Assembly (NCBI GenBank): GCA_964613985.1 | Contig: CAZTJD010000009.1 | Span: 859 to 64,858 of the forward strand | Source: an uncultured Anaerolineales bacterium | Lineage (GTDB): Bacteria > Chloroflexota > Anaerolineae > Anaerolineales > UBA11858 | Direction: 5' to 3' | DNA length: 64,000 bases | Part shown: positions 16,296-24,352 of the stretch, piece after piece | How positions within the stretch are numbered: the first letter of the stretch is position 1 | How the letters are laid out: the number at the start of each line of letters is the position of its first letter | Notes under the pieces: model-generated | The model's input: the letters and a program-made list of their open reading frames with translations, nothing else | Told to the model about the DNA's origin: nothing | Databases searched by the model: none | Translations under genes and position numbers: made by a program

Positions 16296-18041
16296 ATGAA
16301 AAAGCTCATTACATTTCTAGTAACATCGCTCGTTTTATTGTTACTGCTGATAGGTTGTGCACCGCAGCCGACGCAGTCTATTCAGGAAGATTTACCGCCG
16401 ACCGAGGCGCCCGCCGAACCCACCGAGGCACAGGCTGAACCCACCGAGGCGCCGGTTGAACCCACCGAAGCACCCATCGAACCCACAGAAGAACCCGCAG
16501 AACCAGAAGCCGTTCCTGCAGAGCCGGTAACTTTCCATTATGCTTTTCTGATCGAACCCCCGGGTATCGACCCCGGCGTTTCTCAGGGCAGCGTCCAGTC
16601 CACCCTTTATGCTGCACTCTATGAGGGGCTTGTGACGGTTGATGATAAAGGCAATATTGTTCCTGGGGCAGCGGAAAGCTGGGATGTTAGCGAGGATGGA
16701 ACTGAGTATACATTCCATCTAAGAGAAGGACTTAAGTGGTCTGATGGCGAACCGCTGACTGCTAAAGATTTCGAGTATTCCTGGCTACGCGCGCTGATGC
16801 CGGAAACTGCTTCAACCTATAGCTGGTTTGTCGAGATGTTTATATATAACAGTTCGGCGTTTGCGCAGGGTGAAGTTGGCGCTGAGGAAGTTGGCATCAA
16901 AGCCACGGATGATCTCACTTTGGAAGTCAAGCTCAATATGCCGGCGGCCTATTTCCCGCAAGCACTACTGGCTGGCGTCTGGAATCCCGTCCGCCAGGAT
17001 ATGGTCGAAGCTGATCCCGAAAAGTGGCCTTTTAATGCCGAAACTGCGATTTCGAACGGCCCCTTCAAGTTCACAGAGTACAAAATCGGATCCTACATCA
17101 CGGCTGTGAAAAATGAGAACTATTGGGATGCCGATTCCATCACGATCGATAATCTACGTTTCTCTTTCATCGCTGATGAAAATACGGCCTACAACGCCTT
17201 TATTGCAGGCGATGTCGATGGCATCGCAGGCGTTCCCAACACTGAACTGATTAATCTCCTGACCACTGATGACAGGCTGACCGCGTATGATCAACTCAGG
17301 ATCAACTTCCTGCGCCTAAACAACGAAACTCCCGGCCTGGACAACCAACAAGTCAGAAGGGCAATCAACCTGGCAATCGACCGGAAAAGCTATCTGGACG
17401 GTCTTGGCAACATCACCTCCAAGCCGATCTTGGGAGTAGTTCCCGGCGGACTTATCCTTGACGGTAAAGACTTCCGGGAAGTGTCCGGTGATAATGGGCT
17501 CACTGTAACTGCACAGGTTGAAGAAGCTCAGGCCTTGCTGGCCGATGCCGGTTATCCCAACGGTGAGGGTCTACCAGTCTACCGACTGCACACTTTTGAA
17601 AATTGGGCCAAAGATGCTGAGATTATTCAACAGATGCTGCTGGTCAACCTGGGTATCCAGACCGAAATCCAGTCAGTTGACTCCAAGCTCTTCTTCCCCA
17701 TGATTATTGATGGCGAGTACGATATCGCCTTCGGCGGCTGGGGCGGCGACTATGTTCACCCCATGACATTCTTCGATCTCTTCACCTCGACGGCTTACGA
17801 TAATGCCACCCGTTGGGCGAACCCCGAATACGACGATCTCATCAACCGGGCGCGTGTCGCCACCGATGAAGCGGTAGCGCTCGATTTGATGGTACAAGCC
17901 GAGAAAATCTTGATGGAAGAAAGCCCGATTGTGCCGTTGATTGTTCCTGCCAGTGCGATTATGATCCAGGATTATGTAACGAACTGGTTCATATCCCCGC
18001 TTGACACACTCTATATTTCCAGAGCAGTCGTCACCAAGTAA
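16296..18041 (+). CDS. Family-5 (Opp/Dpp-type) ABC substrate-binding lipoprotein
   Basis: MKKLITFLVTSLVLLLLLIGC lipobox, an EPTEAP-repeat linker, then an SBP_bac_5-like body. The ORF opens at 16248; ATG 16296 follows GGAGA. Confidence 0.85.
   Translation: MKKLITFLVTSLVLLLLLIGCAPQPTQSIQEDLPPTEAPAEPTEAQAEPTEAPVEPTEAPIEPTEEPAEPEAVPAEPVTFHYAFLIEPPGIDPGVSQGSVQSTLYAALYEGLVTVDDKGNIVPGAAESWDVSEDGTEYTFHLREGLKWSDGEPLTAKDFEYSWLRALMPETASTYSWFVEMFIYNSSAFAQGEVGAEEVGIKATDDLTLEVKLNMPAAYFPQALLAGVWNPVRQDMVEADPEKWPFNAETAISNGPFKFTEYKIGSYITAVKNENYWDADSITIDNLRFSFIADENTAYNAFIAGDVDGIAGVPNTELINLLTTDDRLTAYDQLRINFLRLNNETPGLDNQQVRRAINLAIDRKSYLDGLGNITSKPILGVVPGGLILDGKDFREVSGDNGLTVTAQVEEAQALLADAGYPNGEGLPVYRLHTFENWAKDAEIIQQMLLVNLGIQTEIQSVDSKLFFPMIIDGEYDIAFGGWGGDYVHPMTFFDLFTSTAYDNATRWANPEYDDLINRARVATDEAVALDLMVQAEKILMEESPIVPLIVPASAIMIQDYVTNWFISPLDTLYISRAVVTK
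16395..16527 (+). repeat. In-frame 21-nt tandem repeat (about 6 units) encoding the (E-P-T-E-A-P-x)n linker
   Basis: gaacccaccgaggc... units read directly. They translate to PTEAPAEPTEAQAEPTEAPVEPTEAPIEPTEEPAEPEAVPAEP. Confidence 0.85.
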
Positions 18042-18058
18042 CAATAATTGCATAGTTT

Positions 18059-18103
18059 GCGGTCGTCCCTGGTTACATAGGGGACGACCGCTATCATATT
18101 TTT
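18059..18103 (+). terminator. Rho-independent terminator after the Opp-type operon
   Basis: An 11-bp GC-rich stem gcggtcgtccc / gggacgaccgc with a 10-11 nt loop, followed by tatcatattttt. Confidence 0.8.
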
Positions 18104-18123
18104 AAAAGGAAAAAGGATATGCT

Positions 18124-19143
18124 ATGCAGCAAGCAATAATGACCAACCCGGGGAACATTGAATTTCGTGAGATTCCGCGTCCAATACCCCAACCCGATGA
18201 AGTATTGATCCAGGTAAAACGTATCGGCGTGTGTGGTTCAGATATCCATGTCTACCACGGGCTGCACCCTTATACCAGTTATCCGGTTGTGCAAGGGCAT
18301 GAAGTTTCGGGGCTGGTCGCTGAGTTAGGTAAAGAAGTTAAAGGCTTTTCGCTGGGTGATAAAGTGGTCTTTATGCCCCAGGTGACCTGTGGCGAGTGTT
18401 ACCCTTGCCGGCATGGTTTATACCATATCTGCGATCACCTCAAGGTAATGGGCTTTCAAACCAACGGCGCGGCACAAGAATATTTTCCGGTCCCGGCCGA
18501 ATTGGTGTTGAAGCTGCCCGAGTCAATCTCAATCGATCAGGCCGCAATGATTGAGCCGATTTCAGTCGCAGTTCATGCCCTTGCACGGTATGGGAGCGTG
18601 GATGGCTTGAATGTCCTGGTGTTGGGAGCCGGAACGATCGGCAACCTAGAAGCTCAGGTTGCTATCGCAATGGGCGCCAAGGAAGTAATGATTACAGATA
18701 TCAGTGAATATAAGTTACAGAAAGCCCGTGAATGTGGCATTGAGCACGGGATCAACCCGCAGCAAGAGGATCTCAGCCATGCACTCTTGAATACCTTTGG
18801 GCCAGATAAGGCTGACTTGATTTTGGAATGCGTGGGGGTTCAGGATACTATCACTCAGGCAGTGGCGAATGCGCGTAAGGGCAGTACGATCATCGTTGTG
18901 GGTGTCTTTGGGAAGAAGCCAGTTGTCGATCTGGGTCTGGTGCAAGATCGTGAGTTAAATCTGATTGGAACATTGATGTATCAAAAGGCAGATTACGAGC
19001 ACGCGATCGAACTTGTCTCGCTTGGTAAGCTACGCCTGGATCCGATGATCACACACCGTTTCGTATTTGCAAATTATGTGCAAGCCTATGAAACGATCGA
19101 AACTTCTGACGGCAGGTATATCAAGGTCATGATTGACCTCTAG
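18124..19143 (+). CDS. Zn-dependent medium-chain dehydrogenase (sorbitol/threonine dehydrogenase-like)
   Basis: 339 aa. CGSDIH, GHEVSG, the structural-Zn cluster CGECYPCRHGLYHIC, and a GAGTIG Rossmann motif. Confidence 0.85.
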   Translation: MQQAIMTNPGNIEFREIPRPIPQPDEVLIQVKRIGVCGSDIHVYHGLHPYTSYPVVQGHEVSGLVAELGKEVKGFSLGDKVVFMPQVTCGECYPCRHGLYHICDHLKVMGFQTNGAAQEYFPVPAELVLKLPESISIDQAAMIEPISVAVHALARYGSVDGLNVLVLGAGTIGNLEAQVAIAMGAKEVMITDISEYKLQKARECGIEHGINPQQEDLSHALLNTFGPDKADLILECVGVQDTITQAVANARKGSTIIVVGVFGKKPVVDLGLVQDRELNLIGTLMYQKADYEHAIELVSLGKLRLDPMITHRFVFANYVQAYETIETSDGRYIKVMIDL

Positions 19144-19156
19144 GGAGAACCAAATT

Positions 19157-20323
19157 ATGAAATCCTTCACGTATTTCCAACCCACCGAACTTCGTTTTGG
19201 GAGCGGCCGGCTGGAAGAAACCGGTGAGGCCACTGCCAGGTTCGGCAAGCGCTGTTTGATCGTTTCAAGACCTGTCAATGCTGTATTCGAGCCAAGGATC
19301 GACCGGGTAAAGCGCAGCCTTATTAAGGCTGGCGTTGAATGTACCCATTTTGACGGCGTGGTACCCAACCCGACTACCGATTGCGTTACTGCCGGTGCAC
19401 AGCTGGCTAAGTTGCATAAAGCGGATGTTGTCTTGGGCGTTGGCGGAGGTTCCAGCATGGATACTGCCAAAGCAATTGCAGTCGAGGCGACTCATCCTGG
19501 CACTGCCTGGGATTACCTTTACTTCAAAACACCTCTGACCGGAAAAACCCTGCCCGTTATTGCTGTTCCGACCACTTCGGGTACTGGCTCACATGTTACT
19601 CAGGTCGCGGTGATGACCGAGACCAAGACCAAGACCAAATCAGCCATCTATAATGCCAGTATCTATCCGAAAATTGCCATCGTTGACCCAGATTTGATGG
19701 AGACGCTGCCGCCCCATATCACCGCTTCTACTGGATTCGATGTATTTTGCCATGCCTTTGAAAGTTATATACATATCAACGGCACACCCTACACCGATTA
19801 TCTGGCACTTGAGGCGATCCGGCTGGTAGCCGAAAACCTTACTGTTGTAGTTAAGGACGGTGCCAATCAAGCAGCTCGCACGAAAATGGCCTGGGCGGAT
19901 ACGCTTGCAGGATTGTGCATTGCCAATGCAGGTGTGACCCTACCACACGGCATCGGTATGACCATTGGCGGGCAATGTCCGCAGATCATGCATGGTGAAG
20001 CACTCGGGGTAGTTTACCCCCAATTCACACGCTTTACATACCCAACAGCAGTGGAAAAGTTCGCTGCTATGGGGCGCATTTTCGATCCGGCACTCATTAA
20101 CCAGCCGGATGATGTAGCCGCCGAACAATCATGTGAATTGCTGGATGATCTGCTCAAGAAGATCGGCATGTGGCTGGGGTTGAAGGCTCTGGGCGCTTCG
20201 GAAACAGATGTGGTCGCGATTGCCGATCACAGCCATGTGCTGCCGGATTACAAAAACAATCCGCGTATCGCCAGCCGGGACGAAATCTACGAGATGTTGA
20301 TGGCGAGTTACGAACGCGTCTGA
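19157..20323 (+). CDS. Iron-containing (group III) alcohol dehydrogenase
   Basis: GVGGGSSMDTAKA, PTTSGTGS, and His-rich metal blocks (FCHAFESY, LPHGIGM). ATG 19157 follows GGGAGA; the ORF opens at 19133. Confidence 0.85.
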   Translation: MKSFTYFQPTELRFGSGRLEETGEATARFGKRCLIVSRPVNAVFEPRIDRVKRSLIKAGVECTHFDGVVPNPTTDCVTAGAQLAKLHKADVVLGVGGGSSMDTAKAIAVEATHPGTAWDYLYFKTPLTGKTLPVIAVPTTSGTGSHVTQVAVMTETKTKTKSAIYNASIYPKIAIVDPDLMETLPPHITASTGFDVFCHAFESYIHINGTPYTDYLALEAIRLVAENLTVVVKDGANQAARTKMAWADTLAGLCIANAGVTLPHGIGMTIGGQCPQIMHGEALGVVYPQFTRFTYPTAVEKFAAMGRIFDPALINQPDDVAAEQSCELLDDLLKKIGMWLGLKALGASETDVVAIADHSHVLPDYKNNPRIASRDEIYEMLMASYERV

Positions 20324-20343
20324 CCCTGGAGAGCAACTGATCC

Positions 20344-20764
20344 ATGAAATCAAAACTGATTCACCCGTCGTTGATCCAGGTGTTGGCAGCGGCTGGACCT
20401 GGCGAGGAAAGTCCTGATTTCGGCCAGTAATTTTGCCTTTTAGACCAATTTCAATCCCACTGCCGAGCGTATTCATCTGAACCTGATGCCAGATTGTGAG
20501 ACCGTCCCACAGGTGCTAGAAGCAGTTACCTCCGCTGTACTGATTGAAGCGGTTGAGGTGATGAGGGCCGACGCTAGCACGGAACCGGCCATCTGGGCAG
20601 ATTTTCGCCAACTGTTGTAAGGGTTTGAATTGCGAGCCAATGAGCGCTGTGCATTTTACGAACTGGCGCTTGAACGTCAAAGTTGCGTGGCGATTGCAAC
20701 CGGTGACACGCGCCTGTATGCCAATATATTGCTTAGCGTGGGATTTATCTCAAAATCCTTGTAA
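20344..20764 (+). pseudogene. fucU: RbsD/FucU-family sugar mutarotase pseudogene
   Basis: MKSKLIHPSLIQVLAAAGPGE.. (GHGD has become GPGE). A 1-nt frameshift is followed by KVLISASNFAF*TNFNP...FRQLL*GFELRANERCAFYELA...TGDTRLYANILLSVGF. One frameshift and two in-frame stops (TAG, TAA) interrupt an otherwise FucU-like sequence. Confidence 0.8.
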
Positions 20765-20784
20765 ACGAAAGGGTACCTCTATTG

Positions 20785-21786
20785 ATGACGGGACGTGAAC
20801 GAGTAAAAGCCGCGTTAACTTTCACAGCTCCAGACCGCACGCCGCGAGACCTCTGGGCGCTGCCTTACATCAGGCTGTTTCGAAAAAATGAACTGGTTGA
20901 AGTGCTTCAAGAATTCCCATTGGATATCCAGAATCGTGAGCTAAACCCTGGTTGGGATGATAAAGTTATAAATGCTTATGGCCAAACTGGACATTATACT
21001 GATGACTGGGGAAGTGTTTGGTATATCGGGGAACCGGGGATTATTGGCGAAGTCAAAGAACCGGTATTGGAAAACTGGTTCGATCTGAAGACATATAAAC
21101 CACCGTGGGATTTGGTTCGCAAGCGGGATTTATCCAATGTAAATCAGATGTGCGACGAGAGTGACCAATTTATGCTCTCCGATGTAACGGCTCGCCCTTT
21201 TGAACGTTTACAATTCCTGCGTGGAACAGAGAACTTATTCATTGACATTGCTTACGGTACAGCCGAAGTACGCACCTTACTTGAGATAGTGCATGAATTC
21301 TATCTGGAAGATATTCGTGCTTGGTGTGAATCTAACGTTGATGCTATTTTTTTTATGGATGATTGGGGAACCAACAACTCGCTCCTCATCAATCCAAAGA
21401 CTTGGCGAGAGTTATTCAAACCCCTTTACAAAGAATATTGTAATCTAATTCATGCAGCAGGTAAGTTTGCCTTTTTCCACACTGATGGCAACATCGAGGC
21501 AATTTTTGGTGATCTCATTGAGGTCGGGATTGACGCCATAAATTCTCAACTTTTCTGCATGGACATTGAAGGACTAGCCCGCTTATATAAGGGAAAAGTC
21601 ACGTTTTGGGGCGAGATTGACCGACAAAATGTATTACCTTTTGGTGACTTGAATGCGGTTCGCGAAGCGGTAATGCGCGTGCGACGTGTTTTAGACGACA
21701 GTTCAGGTGGTGTCATCGCGCATTGTGAATGGGGAAAAGACAACTCCAAGGAAAATATAAGAACTGTGTTCAAAACATGGCTCTAA
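20785..21786 (+). CDS. Uroporphyrinogen-decarboxylase-fold (URO-D-like) protein of unknown function
   Basis: About 333 aa. N-terminal RERVKAALTFTAPDRTP and the C-terminal FHTDGN...WGE blocks fit the URO-D/MtaA-like fold family. It lacks the HemE N-terminal substrate motif. Confidence 0.65.
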   Translation: MTGRERVKAALTFTAPDRTPRDLWALPYIRLFRKNELVEVLQEFPLDIQNRELNPGWDDKVINAYGQTGHYTDDWGSVWYIGEPGIIGEVKEPVLENWFDLKTYKPPWDLVRKRDLSNVNQMCDESDQFMLSDVTARPFERLQFLRGTENLFIDIAYGTAEVRTLLEIVHEFYLEDIRAWCESNVDAIFFMDDWGTNNSLLINPKTWRELFKPLYKEYCNLIHAAGKFAFFHTDGNIEAIFGDLIEVGIDAINSQLFCMDIEGLARLYKGKVTFWGEIDRQNVLPFGDLNAVREAVMRVRRVLDDSSGGVIAHCEWGKDNSKENIRTVFKTWL

Positions 21787-21873
21787 TTAGTCAATTATAA
21801 ATTGCATCAGATATTTGGTAAAACCTTGTGAGCATGCTGTTGTTATCAAGATTACAAGAGGAGACGTTTTTTA

Positions 21874-22857
21874 ATGAATGAGGTAAATTACAGAGATTGT
21901 ATGAAAACGGCTTTAGAAGGAGGAAAGCCGGAAAATGTTGTTCCACTTTGGGAAATCCACTTCCATTGTTGGGATCAGGTCGCGGGTAGGGAGATCGTAA
22001 TTGGGCGCAAATTCGAGGCCCTATCAACATCTGATCAGGCAAAAGCAATTGAGACGAATGCCCAATTAATGGCTGAAGCTGCCGAATCCCTGCACTTTGC
22101 ATCGATCACTATTCCAGATGGTTTTTGGGAGACGGCTCCTGGTACCCCCTCATATTATTGGCTGCCATCAGAAGCCAGGTATAAATTGGCTGAGCAGCTT
22201 TATCAACTCGTCGGCGGCAGAATCATGATTATAGCAAGTGTTGGTGGCGTTATGGGTATGCCTGACCCGGCTGACTACGTCGATTTTTGTTATAAACTGG
22301 TGGATGCACCTGATGAAGTTGATGTTATTGCACAACGAAGGTACATCAATGGTATCGAAACTGCGAAAAAGATGCGCGATGTGGGGGTGGAAGCTGTTTA
22401 TTCAGCTGGGGACTTAGCCGATAATCACGGCCCATTCTTCAAACCTGAATATATGAAACGTTTTGTGCTCCCATATCTACAAAGATGGGCAAGCGAAATA
22501 AAAACCATGGGTTTGTATGCTATTTTACACACAGATGGCATGATAAACCCGATTCTAGAAGATCTGATAACCAGCGGAATCCATGCTTTGCAAGCCATCG
22601 ATCCTGTTGCGGGGATGGATATTAGAAAAGTAAAGGAGCAGGTTGACTCTAGGATATGTCTCTGTGGAAACATCGACTGTGGATTGCTATATACTGGACC
22701 GGAAGAGGAAATTTACAAAACATCGCGAAATTTGTTGTTGGATTTAAAATCTGATGGGGCATATGTTTTTGGAGCATCAAACGCTGTGCACTACGAGACA
22801 CCTATCAATCACTACATGGCTTTGATTCGAGCTTGGGAACAGTATGGAACCACATGA
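21874..22857 (+). CDS. Second, divergent URO-D-like protein of unknown function
   Basis: 327 aa. Same fold signature (LHTDGMINPILEDLITSGIHALQAIDP, ICLCGNID). AGAGGAG RBS. Confidence 0.6.
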   Translation: MNEVNYRDCMKTALEGGKPENVVPLWEIHFHCWDQVAGREIVIGRKFEALSTSDQAKAIETNAQLMAEAAESLHFASITIPDGFWETAPGTPSYYWLPSEARYKLAEQLYQLVGGRIMIIASVGGVMGMPDPADYVDFCYKLVDAPDEVDVIAQRRYINGIETAKKMRDVGVEAVYSAGDLADNHGPFFKPEYMKRFVLPYLQRWASEIKTMGLYAILHTDGMINPILEDLITSGIHALQAIDPVAGMDIRKVKEQVDSRICLCGNIDCGLLYTGPEEEIYKTSRNLLLDLKSDGAYVFGASNAVHYETPINHYMALIRAWEQYGTT

Positions 22858-22892
22858 TCAAAGGAAGAATTCTAATTATGTAGAAGTTACGC

Positions 22893-23080
22893 ATTTGTTG
22901 GGTAATGGTGGGGACTAGCATGGACACGGCCAAAGCGATTGCAGTAGAAGTCACCCATCCAGGAACAGCTCGGGATTATTTGTTTTTCAAGAAACAACCA
23001 ACAACGAAGACTCTACCGCTCATTGCTGTAACAACGACTTCGGGAACGGGTTCGCAGGTCACCCAAGTAGTTGTTATACC
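22893..23080 (+). pseudogene. Fe-alcohol-dehydrogenase internal fragment (relic of a second paralog)
   Basis: ..SMDTAKAIAVEVTHPGTARDYLFFKKQPTTKTLPLIAVTTTSGTGSQVTQV aligns to residues of the intact gene at 19157-20323 (SMDTAKAIAVEATHPGTAWDYLYF...PTTSGTGSHVTQV). There are no N- or C-terminal parts. Confidence 0.8.
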
Positions 23081-23189
23081 TGATGCTGCTTTCGTTGCGT
23101 CTGACCGAAGGGAGCAAGCCAATCCGCTCATAGTAGCGCAGCGCATTCGCTGAAAGTCCAGACCGTTCACTGGCTTCCGAAATTTTCAT
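23076..23189 (-). pseudogene. MerR-family regulator N-terminal HTH fragment
   Basis: Minus-strand ATG 23189: MKISEASERSGLSANALRYYERIGLLPSVRRNESS... is the canonical MerR wing-helix start. Homology stops where it runs into the antisense of the ADH fragment. The 57-codon ORF is below the track cutoff. Confidence 0.6.
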
Positions 23190-23369
23190 GGAGCACCTCC
23201 ATCGATAAGTGCACCACCTGGAGTCGACTCCAGGTCAAGGGGTTTTGAGGAAATATGGCGAATAACTGTGAAATTTACCTGCACGCTTGCAGCCAGAACT
23301 ACCCGGTTATCCAAACCCTCTCATCACCGGGGATTTTCGTCCTCAGTTTTAATCTATGCACGAAACGAC

Positions 23370-23426
23370 TCTTAATCGTTAGATTGAAGGTTCGGCGGCA
23401 TACATGCCGTGTCCTTCCGGGGTCAC
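23370..23426 (+). repeat. Dispersed repeat, copy 2 (candidate attR; identity core 23370-23409)
   Basis: tcttaatcgttagattgaaggttcggcggcatacatgccg is 39/40 identical to 5753-5792 in the same orientation. Its right flank (tccttccggggtcacct) resembles the right flank of copy 3. Confidence 0.8.
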
Positions 23427-23485
23427 CTATTTCTTATATTATCCTCTTTTTTCCTCCCCTCACCCAAATTACTGTAGGTTCGCTA

Positions 23486-24205
23486 TTATTCACCTTCTGG
23501 AATGGTTATTTGCCCATCCTTCAGCATAATAATTTGGTCTACAAATTTATCAACGAGTGGATCATGGGATGACATCAATATGGTGATTCTCTCTGTCTCT
23601 ACAATCTGTTGGAAAAGACCCAAGATTTCGCCAGCAGTGTTGCTATCCAATTCAGCAGTCGGTTCATCAGCCAGGAGTAACCGAGGGTGGTTCGCCAGGG
23701 CGCGCGCAATTCCAACCCGCTGCTGCTGACCACCAGACAACTCATGAGGACGATGATGCATCCACTTCTTCAATCCCACCAGCGCCAGGCAACGCAAAGT
23801 CCTTTCATGCCGCTCCACCCTGGGCACATCGATTAACCGCAGCATCAAATCCACATTTTCGTAGGCAGACAAGGTGGGCAGCAAGCCAAACGATTGAAAG
23901 ACAAAACCCAATTCACACCTGCGCCACAAGGCAAGCTGATTTTCATCCAATTCTGCAAGATCCCGCCCAAATACCTTGACACGCCCTGAAGTCGGACGAT
24001 CTAATCCCCCGATAAGATTCAAGAGGGTAGTCTTTCCGCTCCCTGAACGTCCTTTAAGCGCCACTAATCGTTCTGACTCAACCTTCAGGTCTATGCTACG
24101 AAGAGCCTGTATCGCTCGCATACCGAGTTGATATACCCGCTGGAGGTTCTCAGTCTGAATTATGTAGTCTCCAGTGCTGACTTGAAGGACCCCACCCTTA
24201 CTCAT
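23486..24205 (-). CDS. MacB/LolD-type ABC transporter ATP-binding protein
   Basis: Walker A GRSGSGKTT, LSGGQQQR, LLLADEPTAELD. ATG 24205 lies 8 nt after GGAGGAG; the ORF opens at 24220. Confidence 0.9.
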   Translation of the reverse strand: MSKGGVLQVSTGDYIIQTENLQRVYQLGMRAIQALRSIDLKVESERLVALKGRSGSGKTTLLNLIGGLDRPTSGRVKVFGRDLAELDENQLALWRRCELGFVFQSFGLLPTLSAYENVDLMLRLIDVPRVERHERTLRCLALVGLKKWMHHRPHELSGGQQQRVGIARALANHPRLLLADEPTAELDSNTAGEILGLFQQIVETERITILMSSHDPLVDKFVDQIIMLKDGQITIPEGE

Positions 24206-24352
24206 CGAACACTCCTCCACGTATGATAGTTATGCGAGTCGAATCTTTAGCAACTGGGGAGATTCCACCATTACCCCAAATCATCAAAATACTGTGCTCG
24301 ATATCCCCAAAAAGAAACATGTCAGTAATTATGTAAGACACAGGTTGTTCTC

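Noticed and set aside
16395-16527. Regular 21-nt repeats as a possible CRISPR-like or minisatellite array.
   Set aside because: The units are contiguous with no spacers, in frame, and inside a well-supported SBP gene. They encode a linker.
20344-20764. In-frame TAG/TAA in the FucU-like gene as programmed recoding, for example pyrrolysine, given MtaA-like URO-D genes nearby.
   Set aside because: The gene also carries a frameshift, a mutated catalytic GHGD motif and a TAA stop. The URO-D-like genes have no corrinoid or methylamine-methyltransferase partners. Simple pseudogenisation explains everything.
23255-23572. 105-aa plus-strand ORF covering repeat copy 2 and running antisense into the ABC ATPase gene.
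   Set aside because: It crosses a non-coding repeat and the 3' end of a well-supported minus-strand gene. The product is unrecognisable.
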